Of a DNA stretch of 64,000 bases, positions 49,046 through 61,739 are shown in pieces; within the stretch, counting starts at the first letter, position 1; each line of letters begins with the position of its first letter. The notes beneath the pieces are model-generated. The model saw only the letters and a program-made list of their open reading frames with translations. It did not search any database and was not told the DNA's origin. A program made the position numbers and the translations under genes. The DNA comes from Gammaproteobacteria bacterium. GTDB taxonomy: Bacteria > Pseudomonadota > Gammaproteobacteria > CBDBBL01. The stretch is from positions 162,885-226,884 of the forward strand of contig CBDBBL010000018.1 in NCBI GenBank assembly GCA_965203125.1, written 5' to 3'.

Positions 49046-50854
49046 GTGAGAATAACATCGTCTAAGCGTGTTGCAATTTTGCTAGCATGTGGTGCGACAA
49101 GCATTTTGGCTTCTCCTTTGAGGCCTGAGCTGACTGCGCTTATCCAGGGAGGGAACACAACTACATTTTGGGGTAGTGTGCTTGAGCCTTTGTTTGCGAG
49201 CAAAGATAAAGTCACTTTCTTTGATCTACAGTTGGAACACAATCATTTTTCTCAAACCAAAAACCCCAGTATATTCAGTCTAGGTTTTGGACAAAGAGCC
49301 CTTCGAAATCATCATGTCATTGGTGGATACCTGTTTGCAGATGTTGCAGAAACGGCTGCGAATGAGCGTTATTTTGTATTAAGCCCAGGTGCTGATTATT
49401 ATAAAGGTGCATTCTCTGTGGCTGTGAATGGGTATGTGCCAGTTGGTTCAAGTCACATGGTTGATGGGCGATATGTTCATGATGGTGGGGATGAGGATTA
49501 CCGGGATATCCAGAGTAATGGAGATAACTCTTATAATGTCACCTATGGTTTTTATGACTTCCAAGAGCAGATGCAATATGGAGGAGATTTATCCTTTGGT
49601 TATCATCCTATAAATAGTGATTGGGGTGGTAAAATAGGACTATACCATTTTGGTAGAAGTGATACACGTTCGCGTCAAGGTGAAAAGATGCAGCTTAACT
49701 ATGCAGCTTCTTCTCATGTGCAGGTTCGCTTGGAGGATCGTTTTGATAATTTAGATCACAACCGTGTGCTTGTCGGTGCTGTATTTAGCTTTGGGCATGA
49801 TTTGAAAGATCGTGATTTGAGAGCTCAATTAACAGCGCCAATTTATCGTAATCTAGATGTAAACACAACTGATGCTGGTTTAGGGTCAGGTTATCAACGT
49901 CTTAATAGAATAAGTGATGAGCAGAACTTTGCTCATGCTTATCTTATTGGCTATAGCTCTATTCCTACTGGTGCTGGTGTTGTCTCTACCTACACTCAAG
50001 CTAAGGATCGGGAAGCGCATGATAATAATAACAATGGTTATAATGATGCGGCTTATTTGTTTGAGGGTGGGCGATCCTACAATGTTGATTTCTCGACTAC
50101 AGGGCATGTTTTGACTGGATCTCAGAGTATTATTGGTGTAACCGAAGGGTTTCATTCTATCTCAGATGGTGGGGTGAGTGCTCCGACACTAATCAGTGCT
50201 CAATCTAAAGGAATTGATGTGCAATCCTCAGGGGAAGAAGGCTCTACTGGAGGTGTGCTAGAAGGATTTAAATTAGAGCTAACAAATGCATCTGCGACAG
50301 ATGGAATAACGATTGATGCGACATCTGCTGGAGAGAGGGTGTCTATCAAGAATGTAAGTGTTAGTGATCAAGTTGCTACAGGTGATTTAACAGGAATTGA
50401 AGTGGCAGGAGGGGCTGATGTAGCAATTAATAATGTTACATTGAATCTGTTGACTAAAAAAGAAACACAACCTTTGTTACAGGGTGTTAATGTCACTGGG
50501 AATACTAATGTGGCAATTAGTGGCGGTGTTTTCAACTTGAGAGCGGATAAAGCTGTAGCAAATATTCGGATTAAAGGTGTTGTTAATACAGGAAGCAGTA
50601 ATACAGTTGATGTTGATGGTTTGGCCCTTTCTTTTTATAAAAACACAGGGGGGCTTTATTTTAATAATGCGGTGGGAGGCACGAAGTTTTTCCGAAATAA
50701 TAGCTCAGGGAGTATAACTGTGCGTAATACTACTGCAAAATTATACAGTGATTTGTCTGGCACGCTAGATCCATCGGCTTTGAGTGCTGATTATTTTTCA
50801 TCGGGGAATAATATTATTTCTTCTGGGAATAAGTTTAATGATACTGATGTTTAA
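49046..50854 (+). CDS. Secreted/outer-membrane protein (beta-strand-rich N-terminal half, beta-helix-like C-terminal half)
   Basis: 602 aa; signal peptide MRITSSKRVAILLACGATSILAS; N-terminal half with alternating-hydrophobic strands (VLVGAVFSFG); C-terminal half with parallel-beta-helix-like G/N/T-rich repeats. Family not recognised. Confidence 0.45.
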   Translation: MRITSSKRVAILLACGATSILASPLRPELTALIQGGNTTTFWGSVLEPLFASKDKVTFFDLQLEHNHFSQTKNPSIFSLGFGQRALRNHHVIGGYLFADVAETAANERYFVLSPGADYYKGAFSVAVNGYVPVGSSHMVDGRYVHDGGDEDYRDIQSNGDNSYNVTYGFYDFQEQMQYGGDLSFGYHPINSDWGGKIGLYHFGRSDTRSRQGEKMQLNYAASSHVQVRLEDRFDNLDHNRVLVGAVFSFGHDLKDRDLRAQLTAPIYRNLDVNTTDAGLGSGYQRLNRISDEQNFAHAYLIGYSSIPTGAGVVSTYTQAKDREAHDNNNNGYNDAAYLFEGGRSYNVDFSTTGHVLTGSQSIIGVTEGFHSISDGGVSAPTLISAQSKGIDVQSSGEEGSTGGVLEGFKLELTNASATDGITIDATSAGERVSIKNVSVSDQVATGDLTGIEVAGGADVAINNVTLNLLTKKETQPLLQGVNVTGNTNVAISGGVFNLRADKAVANIRIKGVVNTGSSNTVDVDGLALSFYKNTGGLYFNNAVGGTKFFRNNSSGSITVRNTTAKLYSDLSGTLDPSALSADYFSSGNNIISSGNKFNDTDV

Positions 50855-50898
50855 CTACTAAAGATGGAGGAGGACGGGTGTTATTTACAGGAGAGCTA

Positions 50899-53800
50899 AT
50901 GAAGGGTGTTTGCAGGCTTCTAGTGTCTGTAGTACTGCTGTTCTTTGTTAGTTCTGTATTTGCGACGCCTGAATTTTTTACTGTATCCTCGCAGTCTGTT
51001 CTCGTTGGAGTATCTAAGAATTTCGCAACAGATGGTTTTGTATACTCCAATGATAGCAGTAATATTACGAGTATTACAGCTACTATTTCTGGGAACGGGG
51101 TTAGTGGACAGAGTATACCAAGCACGGGAAATTTTAATGGTCTTTCTTTGAGTGCTTCTCTGGCTGGAAGTTTTTCTTTTAGTTACAGTGGTGCTACAGG
51201 TTTAAGTAATGGCTCTTACACAATTACTGTAACCGCAGTTGATGGGAGTGGTACAGCATCAACGAACTTTACTCTAGTAGTTAGTGGGGCAACATCTGCA
51301 CCGAACATTAGTGCTCCAAGCACACATACCTTTACCAGTGGTAGCTCTGGCAGTTATGTTGTATCTATTAATGGGGTGAGTGGTGTTGCCATTTCTAGTA
51401 TTGACCAAGTAAGACTGACTGAACCAGACAGTAACACTGTTAATTTAAGTACAAATACTTTACCTCCTGCGACTCATAAAGGTTTTTACTACACCATTAC
51501 TGGTCTTGGAACTTCTTCAGCAACGTTGACAGTTCATTATAAGGGCACATTAATAGCTGCTGGCGCTTATCAAGTATTTGTCGTTGCGAATAGCAGTGGC
51601 GCCACAAATAATGGAACAACGAATATCACATTGAACCATACGGGGCTTCCAGTGATCAATGTGCCAGATCCATTGCCAACTGTTGTGAGTGGTACGGCCA
51701 ATACAAGTATGACGGGTGGAACAGTGGAGGCCCCTGCTTCTCCAGATCACAGTGCCCATTTGACGAGTATCACTGTCACGTTGACTTCCCCAAGTGGTAG
51801 TGCATCTGATTTAGGGATTACGGAAAGTAGTGCAAGTAGTAATCAGGGGTTCTACTACAGCACGAGTAGCAGTGTTTCTGGTTCGATTTCACAAACAATT
51901 ACATTAAAGTATGATGGAACTACTACTGATAGTGCAGGAACTTATCAAATAACTATTACTGCTTTAGGGACAGGGGATACAGATAGTGCATCTCAAACTT
52001 ATAATCTAGTTGTATCTCATACTGGGGCGCCAGTAATTACAGTGCCCAGTGACTCTTCGGTAACTATTGGAACTATGTCTTCTAATATCGCAGCAGGTTC
52101 TGTTGATTATGCGGAGGGAACGAATCAGCACAGTACCACTCTTTCTATTAAAGAAAGTGATGAAGATGATGCCAATTATGTGACTATTCCTGCTTGTAAT
52201 GCCACAGAAAAAGGGTTTTGTTATAATAGCAGTGGAGCGGGGGATACGGCTACATTTACGTTGAATTATAATGGCTCGATAATAAATGTAACCAATTATA
52301 CCGTAAAGATAGTTGCGTCTGATAGTGGTGATGGAGTAGATGCTGAAAGTAGTTTTCAGATTGCAGTAGCGCATCAATCAGGAGCGCCGACGGTGACCCT
52401 ATCCCAAGCGTTGACAGACAATAGTGACACCCTCAATCTGACGAATGGAACAGAACTAACAGCAACGACGGTGGCGACAGTGAGTGTGCCCAGTCATGGC
52501 ACACTGGATACCGACGTGAGCGTGACGGCGACGGGTAACATCAGTGGGCTAACGATTACGAAACCGCTGTCAGGAAGTACAGGTGGGAACGTAACGGTTG
52601 CCTATGACCCCAGTGGGAACAATATCATCCCGGATGGAGACCAAACGATTAAGATAGCAGCGACAGGTGTGAATGGAGAATCAACAAGCCGCACCTTCAC
52701 CTTAAACGTAGCGCATCAATCAGGAGCGCCGACGGTGACCCTATCCCAAGCGTTGACAGACAATAGCGACACCCTCAATCTGACGAATGGAACAGAACTA
52801 ACAGCAACAACGGTGGCGACAGTGAGTGTCCCAGTCATGGCACACTGGATACCGACGTGAGCGTGACGGCGACGGGTAACATCAGTGGACTAACGATTAC
52901 GAAACCGCTGTCAGGAAGTACAGGTGGGAACGTAACGGTTGCCTATGACCCCAGTGGGAACAATATCATCCCAGATGGAGAGCAAACGATTACGATAGCA
53001 GCGACAGGAGTGAATGGAGAATCAACAAGCCGCACCTTCACCTTAAACGTAGCGCATCAATCAGGAGCGCCGACGGTGACCCTATCCCAAGCGTTGACAG
53101 ACAATAGCGACACCCTCAATCTGACGAATGGAACAGAACTAACAGCAACAACGGTGGCGACAGTGAGTGTGCCCAGTCATGGCACACTGGATACCGACGT
53201 GAGCGTGACGGCGACGGGTAACATCAGTGGACTAACGATTACGAAACCGCTGTCAGGAAGTACAGGTGGGAACGTAACGGTTGCCTATGACCCCAGTGGG
53301 AACAATATCATCCCAGATGGAGAGCAAACGATTACGATAGCAGCGACAGGAGTGAATGGAGAATCAGCAAGCCGCACCTTCACCTTAAACGTAGCGCATC
53401 AATCAGGAGCGCCGACGGTGACCCTATCCCAAGCGTTGACAGACAATAGTGACACCCTCAATCTGACGAATGGAACAGAACTAACAGCAACGACGGTGGC
53501 GACAGTGAGTGTGCCCAGTCATGGCACACTGGATACCGACGTGAGCGTGACGACGACGGGTAACATCAGTGGACTAACGATTACGAAACCGCTGTCAGGA
53601 AGTACAGGTGGGAACGTAACGGTTGCCTATGACCCCAGTGGGAACAATATCATCCCAGATGGAGACCAAACGATTACGATAGCAGCGACAGGAGTGAATG
53701 GAGAATCAGCAAGCCGCACCTTCACCTTAAACGTAGCGCATCAATCAGGAGCGCCGACGGTGACCCTATCCCAAGCGTTGACAGACAATAGTGACACCCT

Positions 53801-56800
53801 CAATCTGACGAATGGAACAGAACTAACAGCAACGACGGTGGCGACAGTGAGTGTACCCAGTCATGGCACACTGGATACCGACGTGAGCGTGACGACGACG
53901 GGTAACATCAGTGGACTAACGATTACGAAACCGCTGTCAGGAAGTACAGGTGGGAACGTAACGGTTGCCTATGACCCCAGTGGGAACAATATCATCCCGG
54001 ATGGAGAGCAAACGATTACGATAGCAGCGACAGGAGTGAATGGAGAATCAGCAAGCCGCACCTTCACCTTAAACGTAGCGCATCAATCAGGAGCGCCGAC
54101 GGTGACCCTATCCCAAGCGTTGACAGACAATAGTGACACCCTCAATCTGACGAATGGAACAGAACTAACAGCAACGACGGTGGCGACAGTGAGTGTGCCC
54201 AGTCATGGCACACTGGATACCGACGTGAGCGTGACGACGACGGGTAACATCAGTGGACTAACGATTACGAAACCGCTGTCAGGAAGTACAGGTGGGAACG
54301 TAACGGTTGCCTATGACCCCAGTGGGAACAATATCATCCCGGATGGAGAGCAAACGATTACGATAGCAGCGACAGGAGTGAATGGAGAATCAGCAAGCCG
54401 CACCTTCACCTTAAACGTCGCGCATCAATCAGGAGCGCCGACGGTGACCCTATCCCAAGCGTTGACAGACAATAGCGACACCCTCAATCTGACGAATGGA
54501 ACAGAACTAACAGCAACGACGGTGGCGACAGTGAGTGTGCCCAGTCATGGCGAACTGGATAGCGACGTGAGCGTGACGACGACGGGTAACATCAGTGGAC
54601 TAACGATTACGAAACCGCTGTCAGGAAGTACAGGTGGGAACGTAACGGTTGCCTATGACCCCAGTGGGAACAATATCATCCCAGATGGAGAGCCAAACGA
54701 TTACGATAGCAGCGACAGGAGTTAATGGAGAATCAGCAAGCCGCACCTTCACCTTAAACGTCGCGCATCAATCAGGAGCGCCGACGGTGACCCTATCCCA
54801 AGCGTTGACAGACAATAGCGACACCCTCAATCTGACGAATGGAACAGAACTAACAGCAACGACGGTGGCGACAGTGAGTGTGCCCAGTCATGGCGAACTG
54901 GATAGCGACGTGAGCGTGACGACGACGGGTAACATCAGTGGACTAACGATTACGAAACCGCTGTCAGGAAGTACAGGTGGGAACGTAACGGTTGCCTATG
55001 ACCCCAGTGGGAACAATATCATCCCAGATGGAGAGCAAACGATTACGATAGCAGCGACAGGAGTTAATGGAGAATCAGCAAGCCGCACCTTCACCTTAAA
55101 CGTAGCGCATCAATCAGGAGCGCCGACGGTGACCCTATCCCAAGCGTTGACAGACAATAGTGACACCCTCAATCTGACGAATGGAACAGAACTAACAGCA
55201 ACGACGGTGGCGACAGTGAGTGTGCCCAGTCATGGCGAACTGGATAGCGACGTGAGCGTGACGACGACGGGTAACATCAGTGGACTAACGATTACGAAAC
55301 CGCTGTCAGGAAGTACAGGTGGTAACGTAACGATTGCCTATGACCCCAGTGGGAACAATATCATCCCGGATGGAGAGCAAACGATTACGATAGCGGCGAC
55401 AGGTGTGAATGGAGAATCAGCAAGCCGCACCTTCACCTTAAACGTCGCGCATCAATCAGGAGCGCCGACGGTGACCCTATCACAAGCGTTGACAGACAAT
55501 AGCGACACCCTCAATCTGACGAGTGGAACAGAACTAACAGCAACGACGGTGGCGACAGTGAGTGTCCCCAGTCATGGCGAACTGGATACTGACGTGAGCG
55601 TGACGACGACGGGTAACATCAGTGGACTAACGATTACGAAACCGCTGTCAGGAAGTACAGGTGGGAACGTAACGGTTGCCTATGACCCCAGTGGGAACAA
55701 TATCATCCCAGATGGAGAGCAAACGATTACGATAGCAGCGACAGGAGTTAATGGAGAATCAGCAAGCCGCACCTTCACCTTAAACGTCGCGCATCAATCA
55801 GGAGCGCCGACGGTGACCCTATCACAAGCGTTGACAGACAATAGTGACACCCTCAATCTGACGAGTGGAACAGAACTAACAGCAACGACGGTGGCGACAG
55901 TGAGTGTCCCCAGTCATGGCGAACTGGATAGCGACGTGAGCGTGACGACGACGGGTAACATCAGTGGACTAACGATTACGAAACCGCTGTCAGGAAGTAC
56001 AGGTGGGAACGTGACGGTTGCCTATGACCCCAGTGGGAACAATATCATCCCAGATGGAGAGCAAACGATTACGATAGCAGCGACAGGTGTGAATGGAGAA
56101 TCAACAAGCCGCACCTTCACCTTAAACGTAGCGCATCAATCAGGAGCGCCGACGGTGACCCTATCACAAGCGTTGACAGACAATAGTGACACCCTCAATC
56201 TGACGAATGGAACAGAACTAACAGCAACGACGGTGGCGACAGTGAGTGTGCCCAGTCATGGCACACTGGATACCGACGTGAGCGTGACGGCGACGGGTAA
56301 CATCAGTGGACTAACGATTACGAAACCGCTGTCAGGAAGTACAGGTGGTAACGTAACGGTTGCCTATGACCCCAGTGGGAACAATATCATCCCAGATGGA
56401 GAGCAAACGATTACGATAGCAGCGACAGGTGTGAATGGAGAATCAACAAGCCGCACCTTCACCTTAAACGTAGCGCATCAATCAGGAGCGCCGACGGTGA
56501 CCCTATCACAAGCGTTGACAGACAATAGTGACACCCTCAATCTGACGAATGGAACAGAACTAACAGCAACGACGGTGGCGACAGTGAGTGTGCCCAGTCA
56601 TGGCACACTGGATACCGACGTGAGCGTGACGGCGACGGGTAACATCAGTGGACTAACGATTACGAAACCGCTGTCAGGAAGTACAGGTGGTAACGTAACG
56701 ATTGCCTATGACCCCAGTGGGAACAATATCATCCCGGATGGAGAGCAAACGATTACGATAGCGGCGACAGGTGTGAATGGAGAATCAACAAGCCGCACCT

Positions 56801-59127
56801 TCACCTTAAACGTAGCGCATCAATCAGGAGCGCCGACGGTGACCCTATCACAAGCGTTGACAGACAATAGTGACACCCTCAATCTGACGAATGGAACAGA
56901 ACTAACAGCAACAACGGTGGCGACAGTGAGTGTCCCCAGTCATGGCGAACTGGATACTGACGTGAGCGTGACGACGACGGGTAACATCAGTGGACTAACG
57001 ATTACGAAACCGCTGTCAGGAAGTACAGGTGGGAACGTAACGGTTGCCTATGACCCCAGTGGGAACAATATCATCCCAGATGGAGAGCAAACGATTACGA
57101 TAGCAGCGACAGGAGTTAATGGAGAATCAGCAAGCCGCACCTTCACCTTAAACGTAGCGCATCAATCAGGAGCGCCGACGGTGACCCTATCCCAAGCGTT
57201 GACAGACAATAGCGACACCCTCAATCTGACGAATGGAACAGAACTAACAGCAACGACGGTGGCGACAGTGAGTGTGCCCAGTCATGGCACACTGGATACC
57301 GACGTGAGCGTGACGGCGACGGGTAACATCAGTGGACTAACGATTACGAAACCGCTGTCAGGAAGTACAGGTGGTAACGTAACGATTGCCTATGACCCCA
57401 GTGGGAACAATATCATCCCAGATGGAGAGCAAACGATTACGATAGCAGCGACAGGAGTTAATGGAGAATCAGCAAGCCGCACCTTCACCTTAAACGTCGC
57501 GCATCAATCAGGAGCGCCGACGGTGACCCTATCACAAGCGTTGACAGACAATAGTGACACCCTCAATCTGACGAGTGGAACAGAACTAACAGCAACGACG
57601 GTGGCGACAGTGAGTGTGCCCAGTCATGGCACACTGGATACCGACGTGAGCGTGACGACGACGGGTAACATCAGTGGACTAACGATTACGAAACCGCTGT
57701 CAGGAAGTACAGGTGGGAACGTAACGATTGCCTATGACCCCAGTGGAAACAATATCATCCCGGATGGAGAGCAAACGATTACGATAGCGGCGACAGGAGT
57801 TAATGGAGAATCAACAAGCCGCACCTTCACCTTAAACGTAGTGCATCAATCAGGAGCGCCAAATATCAACTTACTTGGTAATATCGGAACATCTGGTGTA
57901 GAGGTGACAACGGGATCTCCTCAAGAAAGTGCATTGAACTTAGCTGATATATCTGTAACACCTCATCAAGCAGATATTACGGAAGTGACATTAACTAATG
58001 GAAGTGGTGGTACTTTATCGGATGATCAAATAGATTCGTTGAGATTTGAGCCAAAATCAGGAGAGAATCGTACAGTGACGCTGAGATATGACGGCACTGT
58101 TCCCTTGCCGGCAGGGACTCATGTTCTGATGATTACGGCAAAAAATGGAAGTGATGAAGCTCATACGACAACAGTGGACTTTGATTTGATTGTTCATGCA
58201 ACCGACTCAATTCCGCCATTAGGTGGTGAGGTAACATATGGAATTTCAAATACGAATGTGGATACAGTAACGATCACCGATGGTGATAACTCGTTAGATT
58301 TGGTGCATACGCGTATCTTGATCAAGAATAGCGCTGGTACTGAAACAGTAGCAACTCTGGCAGGGGCTAATGAACCAGCAAATCATGGATATCATTTTAC
58401 TATGAATAATAAACAGATCACGTTGCATTATAATGGAGATCACGCGGAGGGCTCTTCACTGGCTCCAAATACATATAAAACAGAGATAGAAATACCGCGT
58501 GCTGGTGATTCTACACTAACAAGCCCACTTGGTACTTTAACTGTGTCTTATGCATCTGGGAAACCAACGGTTGATATTCACAACCCACCTCATATTACAA
58601 ATAGAGAAGGTGGCTATAATGAGATAATTGCAACGGTGACACCTGCTGATTTGAATACTATAAAGTCATTAACGATTACTGGTCTACCGTCGGGTATTAC
58701 ACATACTGTTAACGAGGATAAGACATCGCTTTCTATTGCCTATAATGGACAGAATGATTTACATGTGGGTAATCATGATATTACAGTAACAGCTACAGGT
58801 AGTAATGATGAGCAGCGAGTAGCGCAGTTTACACTAGAGGTGCGCTCAGGTGTTGTTTCTAGTCCAATTCATGTGGTTAATAATATGAATTTTTTTCATA
58901 ATCTAAGAATACAGTGGGTTGAACATGGAGTCGATCATAATCATTTGATTTATTATCCAATGCATGTTGGTGGTGGACATAAGGTTGATATTTCTCCAGA
59001 TATTGGAAGTCATATTACGATACAAAATAATCATAATAGTTATGAAGTTACGGCAGCACGTAGTGGGAAAAAATTGCAGTGTGGAGGAAATTCTGTTGGG
59101 AGTGCTCACTGTGCTTGGGTTTCTTAG
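50899..59127 (+). CDS. Giant repetitive surface protein (putative adhesin with about 16 tandem 114-aa Ig-like repeats); reading frame interrupted by two compensating 1-nt indels
   Basis: Strong RBS (GGAGGAGG) and signal peptide MKGVCRLLVSVVLLFFVSSVFA. The three listed ORFs (50878-52860, 52857-54725, 54649-59127) encode one collinear protein; the first and third are in the same frame. Repeat period is 342 nt, except one unit of 341 nt (C-run shortened near 52829-52833) and one of 343 nt (extra C near 54693). Confidence 0.7.
52366..57840 (+). repeat. Tandem array of about 16 near-identical 342-bp coding repeats
   Basis: Unit begins GTAGCGCATCAATCAGGAGCGCCGACGGTGACCCTATC; unit starts read at 52366, 52708, 53049, 53391 ... 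give a 342-nt period; units more than about 95% identical. Confidence 0.9.
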
Positions 59128-59155
59128 TGAATAGTTCTTTATTGCATGTTTTAAA

Positions 59156-59878
59156 TTGGAGGTGTTCAGCATGAAAATGAAAATAGCAGTAATTAGCGGA
59201 CAAGAGGTGGTAGGAGATATTATTACGCTATCTTCTTGGAGATCTGCAGGCGCACTTATGTTAAGTGCATCAAGTTTTGGTGCGTCATCATTGATTGCTG
59301 GATTAACTGCTTCTATCACAGCACCTATTTTGACACCGATAGGTTTGGCAGCTGGCGCTTTATTTGTCCTTGAAAATCTCTGGACTCCTAGAAGGTCTCA
59401 TCAGAACAGTTTTGAGTATGATCAGAATTTTAATGGTAGTTTGCTCAGATCTGGAGGAAATATAAAGTTCGAAGTTTTTCCCTATCATTTTTGGGGTTTT
59501 TGGGGTTGGCAATTAATTTTGAGGGCACATGGTGCCAATCAGAATATCACTAAGTTATGGCCTAATCGTTCTTCCAGTTGGGGGAAGCGAGTGAGTGGTG
59601 ATCGCATAATTACTCGTGAGAACCAGCAAGTTAGCGCGGAAAGATTTCGGGCGAGCATGGTTGGTGTGTGGGGTGTTGATCGTGGAAATATTATGTTTGT
59701 AGAGGAGAGGCAAGATGGGGTTGCTGTGCATGTGGAAACCTATAATAGGTTTGGTTTTTGTGGAACTGATCAGAAAATACGTGATTTTGTTAGCAAACAG
59801 AATGATCCTGAAAATGATCCTTTAGCTTCCCCTTTTGGTGGTGGTATTTACGATATTAACACCCACATGTATGATTAA
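59156..59878 (+). CDS. Hypothetical membrane-associated protein
   Basis: 240 aa; N-terminal hydrophobic/Ser-Ala-rich segment, Trp/Gly-rich middle (FWGFWGWQ); no recognised family. Confidence 0.4.
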   Translation: MEVFSMKMKIAVISGQEVVGDIITLSSWRSAGALMLSASSFGASSLIAGLTASITAPILTPIGLAAGALFVLENLWTPRRSHQNSFEYDQNFNGSLLRSGGNIKFEVFPYHFWGFWGWQLILRAHGANQNITKLWPNRSSSWGKRVSGDRIITRENQQVSAERFRASMVGVWGVDRGNIMFVEERQDGVAVHVETYNRFGFCGTDQKIRDFVSKQNDPENDPLASPFGGGIYDINTHMYD

Positions 59879-59892
59879 GTCAGGTAGAAATA

Positions 59893-60867
59893 ATGGGTAA
59901 GAAAACTCGTATTGCTGAGTTGGAGCGAAAACGTCTAGAGCTTGAAGGTATTATGGCGAGAAAGGATGGCTCTGTTAAAGATTTGTTGGAAGAGTGTTCT
60001 AGGACTTATGGTGGTGAGAGGCAGATGCTTAATTTGTCTGATTTGGCCAGTGTGTTTGCTAAACTGCATGAAAAAGTTGTGAGCATGACAGCGGCTAATG
60101 TTGAATTAACGCATCAGAGAGATACTCTTTTGGTTTCTGAGAGAGCTTTGCATACTAGGCATAAAAGATCACAAGAAAGTATAGCTGCATTACAAAGTGG
60201 GTTGCACACTTTATCCGAGTATAGCCAAGGACAAGACATGGCAGCTCGAGCTTTGCAAGCGCAATACACTTCAGATAAATACCTAGCAGATATTCGTCGA
60301 TCAGTTCAGGAAGGCTTGATACCTTTCGCTTCTGTGCCTAGTTTTCAAAGAAGCAGTTCTTCAGCTATGCGTGAGTTATGTGGGCAGCAGCACTTGGAAG
60401 AGCGTGCGAGTCTTTCTTATAGGCTGGAACAAGAAAATGATCAATTAAAGTCCAGACTTCGTGCGCTATACTCACATCAGCGCAAACTGGGTGATGCAGT
60501 TGTGGCTAGAGATGCAGCTATTGAGAAATTAGAAGAAAGTATCGCCAAAAGAGATGTAGAGATTACAGCACACCAACAGACTCATATCACATTGCAGCGC
60601 TGTGTGGATCGTTATGATGGTGTGGCATCCCATCCTCCAGCTAGGCGAAACACGATGTGTGGTGATGACGATAGTTTTTCAGAGTGGAGAAAGCAGGTAA
60701 GCTCATTATCCCCGTCTCCAGGCAGCAATTTTGCTCGTGGTCAGGGTGCCGAGGAATCAAATTCTGATACTTCCCATTCTTGTTTTGGTGATACTTCGAG
60801 CATTGTGGGGGGGGAGCATATGTCTGGCTTATCGGACCATGACGAGGCAGATAGTGATAGTCAGTAA
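59893..60867 (+). CDS. Hypothetical coiled-coil protein with Ser/acidic C-terminal tail
   Basis: 324 aa; heptad-like charged N-terminus (RIAELERKRLELEGIMARK), C-terminal [11 protein letters not shown]; no recognised family. Confidence 0.4.
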   Translation: MGKKTRIAELERKRLELEGIMARKDGSVKDLLEECSRTYGGERQMLNLSDLASVFAKLHEKVVSMTAANVELTHQRDTLLVSERALHTRHKRSQESIAALQSGLHTLSEYSQGQDMAARALQAQYTSDKYLADIRRSVQEGLIPFASVPSFQRSSSSAMRELCGQQHLEERASLSYRLEQENDQLKSRLRALYSHQRKLGDAVVARDAAIEKLEESIAKRDVEITAHQQTHITLQRCVDRYDGVASHPPARRNTMCGDDDSFSEWRKQVSSLSPSPGSNFARGQGAEESNSDTSHSCFGDTSSIVGGEHMSGLSDHDEADSDSQ

Positions 60868-61245
60868 TACAGTTGGCACCTCGTTAAACCAACGAAAGAA
60901 CACATGACTATGTTGATTATTGTCTTGTCGAAATTGCCACCAATAATATCCGCAAGCAAATTGATAAATCCACAGTAAGCCAACGGTAATTAATTTATAG
61001 ATCATCCAGCTAGCATGAAGATAGTAGTTTAAGTGGGCGCTCAGCAACCACAGTCCAAAGACTGTTGTGAGAATAGCGGCTGGTAATGTAATGCCAAAGT
61101 ACAGCTTTCTTTCCATTACTTTAAATGTTGCAATCGTTTGTTTGTTTTTGCTCATGGCATGATAAACAAACAAACGCGGCAAATAAAAAAGCCCTGCAAA
61201 CCATGCAACCATTGAAATAATATGGAAAGCTAATATCCAACGCAT
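60829..61245 (-). CDS. hemJ: Protoporphyrinogen IX oxidase HemJ-like
   Basis: 138 aa, 4 TM; HemJ signature [16 protein letters not shown] near the N-terminus. Confidence 0.75.
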   Translation of the reverse strand: MRWILAFHIISMVAWFAGLFYLPRLFVYHAMSKNKQTIATFKVMERKLYFGITLPAAILTTVFGLWLLSAHLNYYLHASWMIYKLITVGLLWIYQFACGYYWWQFRQDNNQHSHVFFRWFNEVPTVLLTITICLVMVR

Positions 61246-61297
61246 TGGCGAGTTCCTTTTCGTTTGTTATGATGAACTAATAGCTACGAATAGTATC

Positions 61298-61711
61298 ATG
61301 GAAAAGTATATGGCAGAAATGAAAGATATAGACTTGCCTGAAGAAATGCTGAACGCTGAAGAAGAGTCGTTGCATTTAACGTCAGCAGCGACGGATAAGG
61401 TGTTTTCTTTGATGGAAGAAGAAGAGAATTTGGCATTAAAACTTCGAGTCTATATTACAGGCGGAGGTTGCTCTGGATTCCAATATGGCTTTGCCTTTGA
61501 AGAGAAAATCAAAGAAGATGATGAGGTGATAGTGCAAGCTGTATCGGATCATCAAGAACAGAAGGTGACATTGTTAGTCGACCCTCTGAGTTATCAATAT
61601 CTAGCCGATGCGACGATTGACTACCGTGAGGATGCAAATGGGGCGCAGTTTGTGATTAGAAATCCTAATGCGAAAACTACCTGTGGCTGTGGTTCTTCAT
61701 TTTCTATTTAA
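61298..61711 (+). CDS. erpA: Iron-sulfur cluster insertion protein ErpA (A-type carrier)
   Basis: [19 protein letters not shown]...[16 protein letters not shown], near-identical in pattern to E. coli ErpA. Confidence 0.85.
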   Translation: MEKYMAEMKDIDLPEEMLNAEEESLHLTSAATDKVFSLMEEEENLALKLRVYITGGGCSGFQYGFAFEEKIKEDDEVIVQAVSDHQEQKVTLLVDPLSYQYLADATIDYREDANGAQFVIRNPNAKTTCGCGSSFSI

Positions 61712-61739
61712 TAGACCCAAACGCAGTTGGGTATGTTGG

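Noticed and set aside
52006-52377. Minus-strand ORF (123 aa), plus 51550-51759 and 50945-51151, inside the giant adhesin gene
   Set aside because: Antisense or alternate-frame reading of a strongly supported repetitive coding region; Arg/Ile-rich composition typical of antisense artefacts.
52366-57840. Possible CRISPR array suggested by highly regular repeats
   Set aside because: Repeat unit is 342 bp, protein-coding and in frame within a signal-peptide protein; no short repeat/spacer structure and no cas genes. The MITE copies are dispersed, not arrayed.
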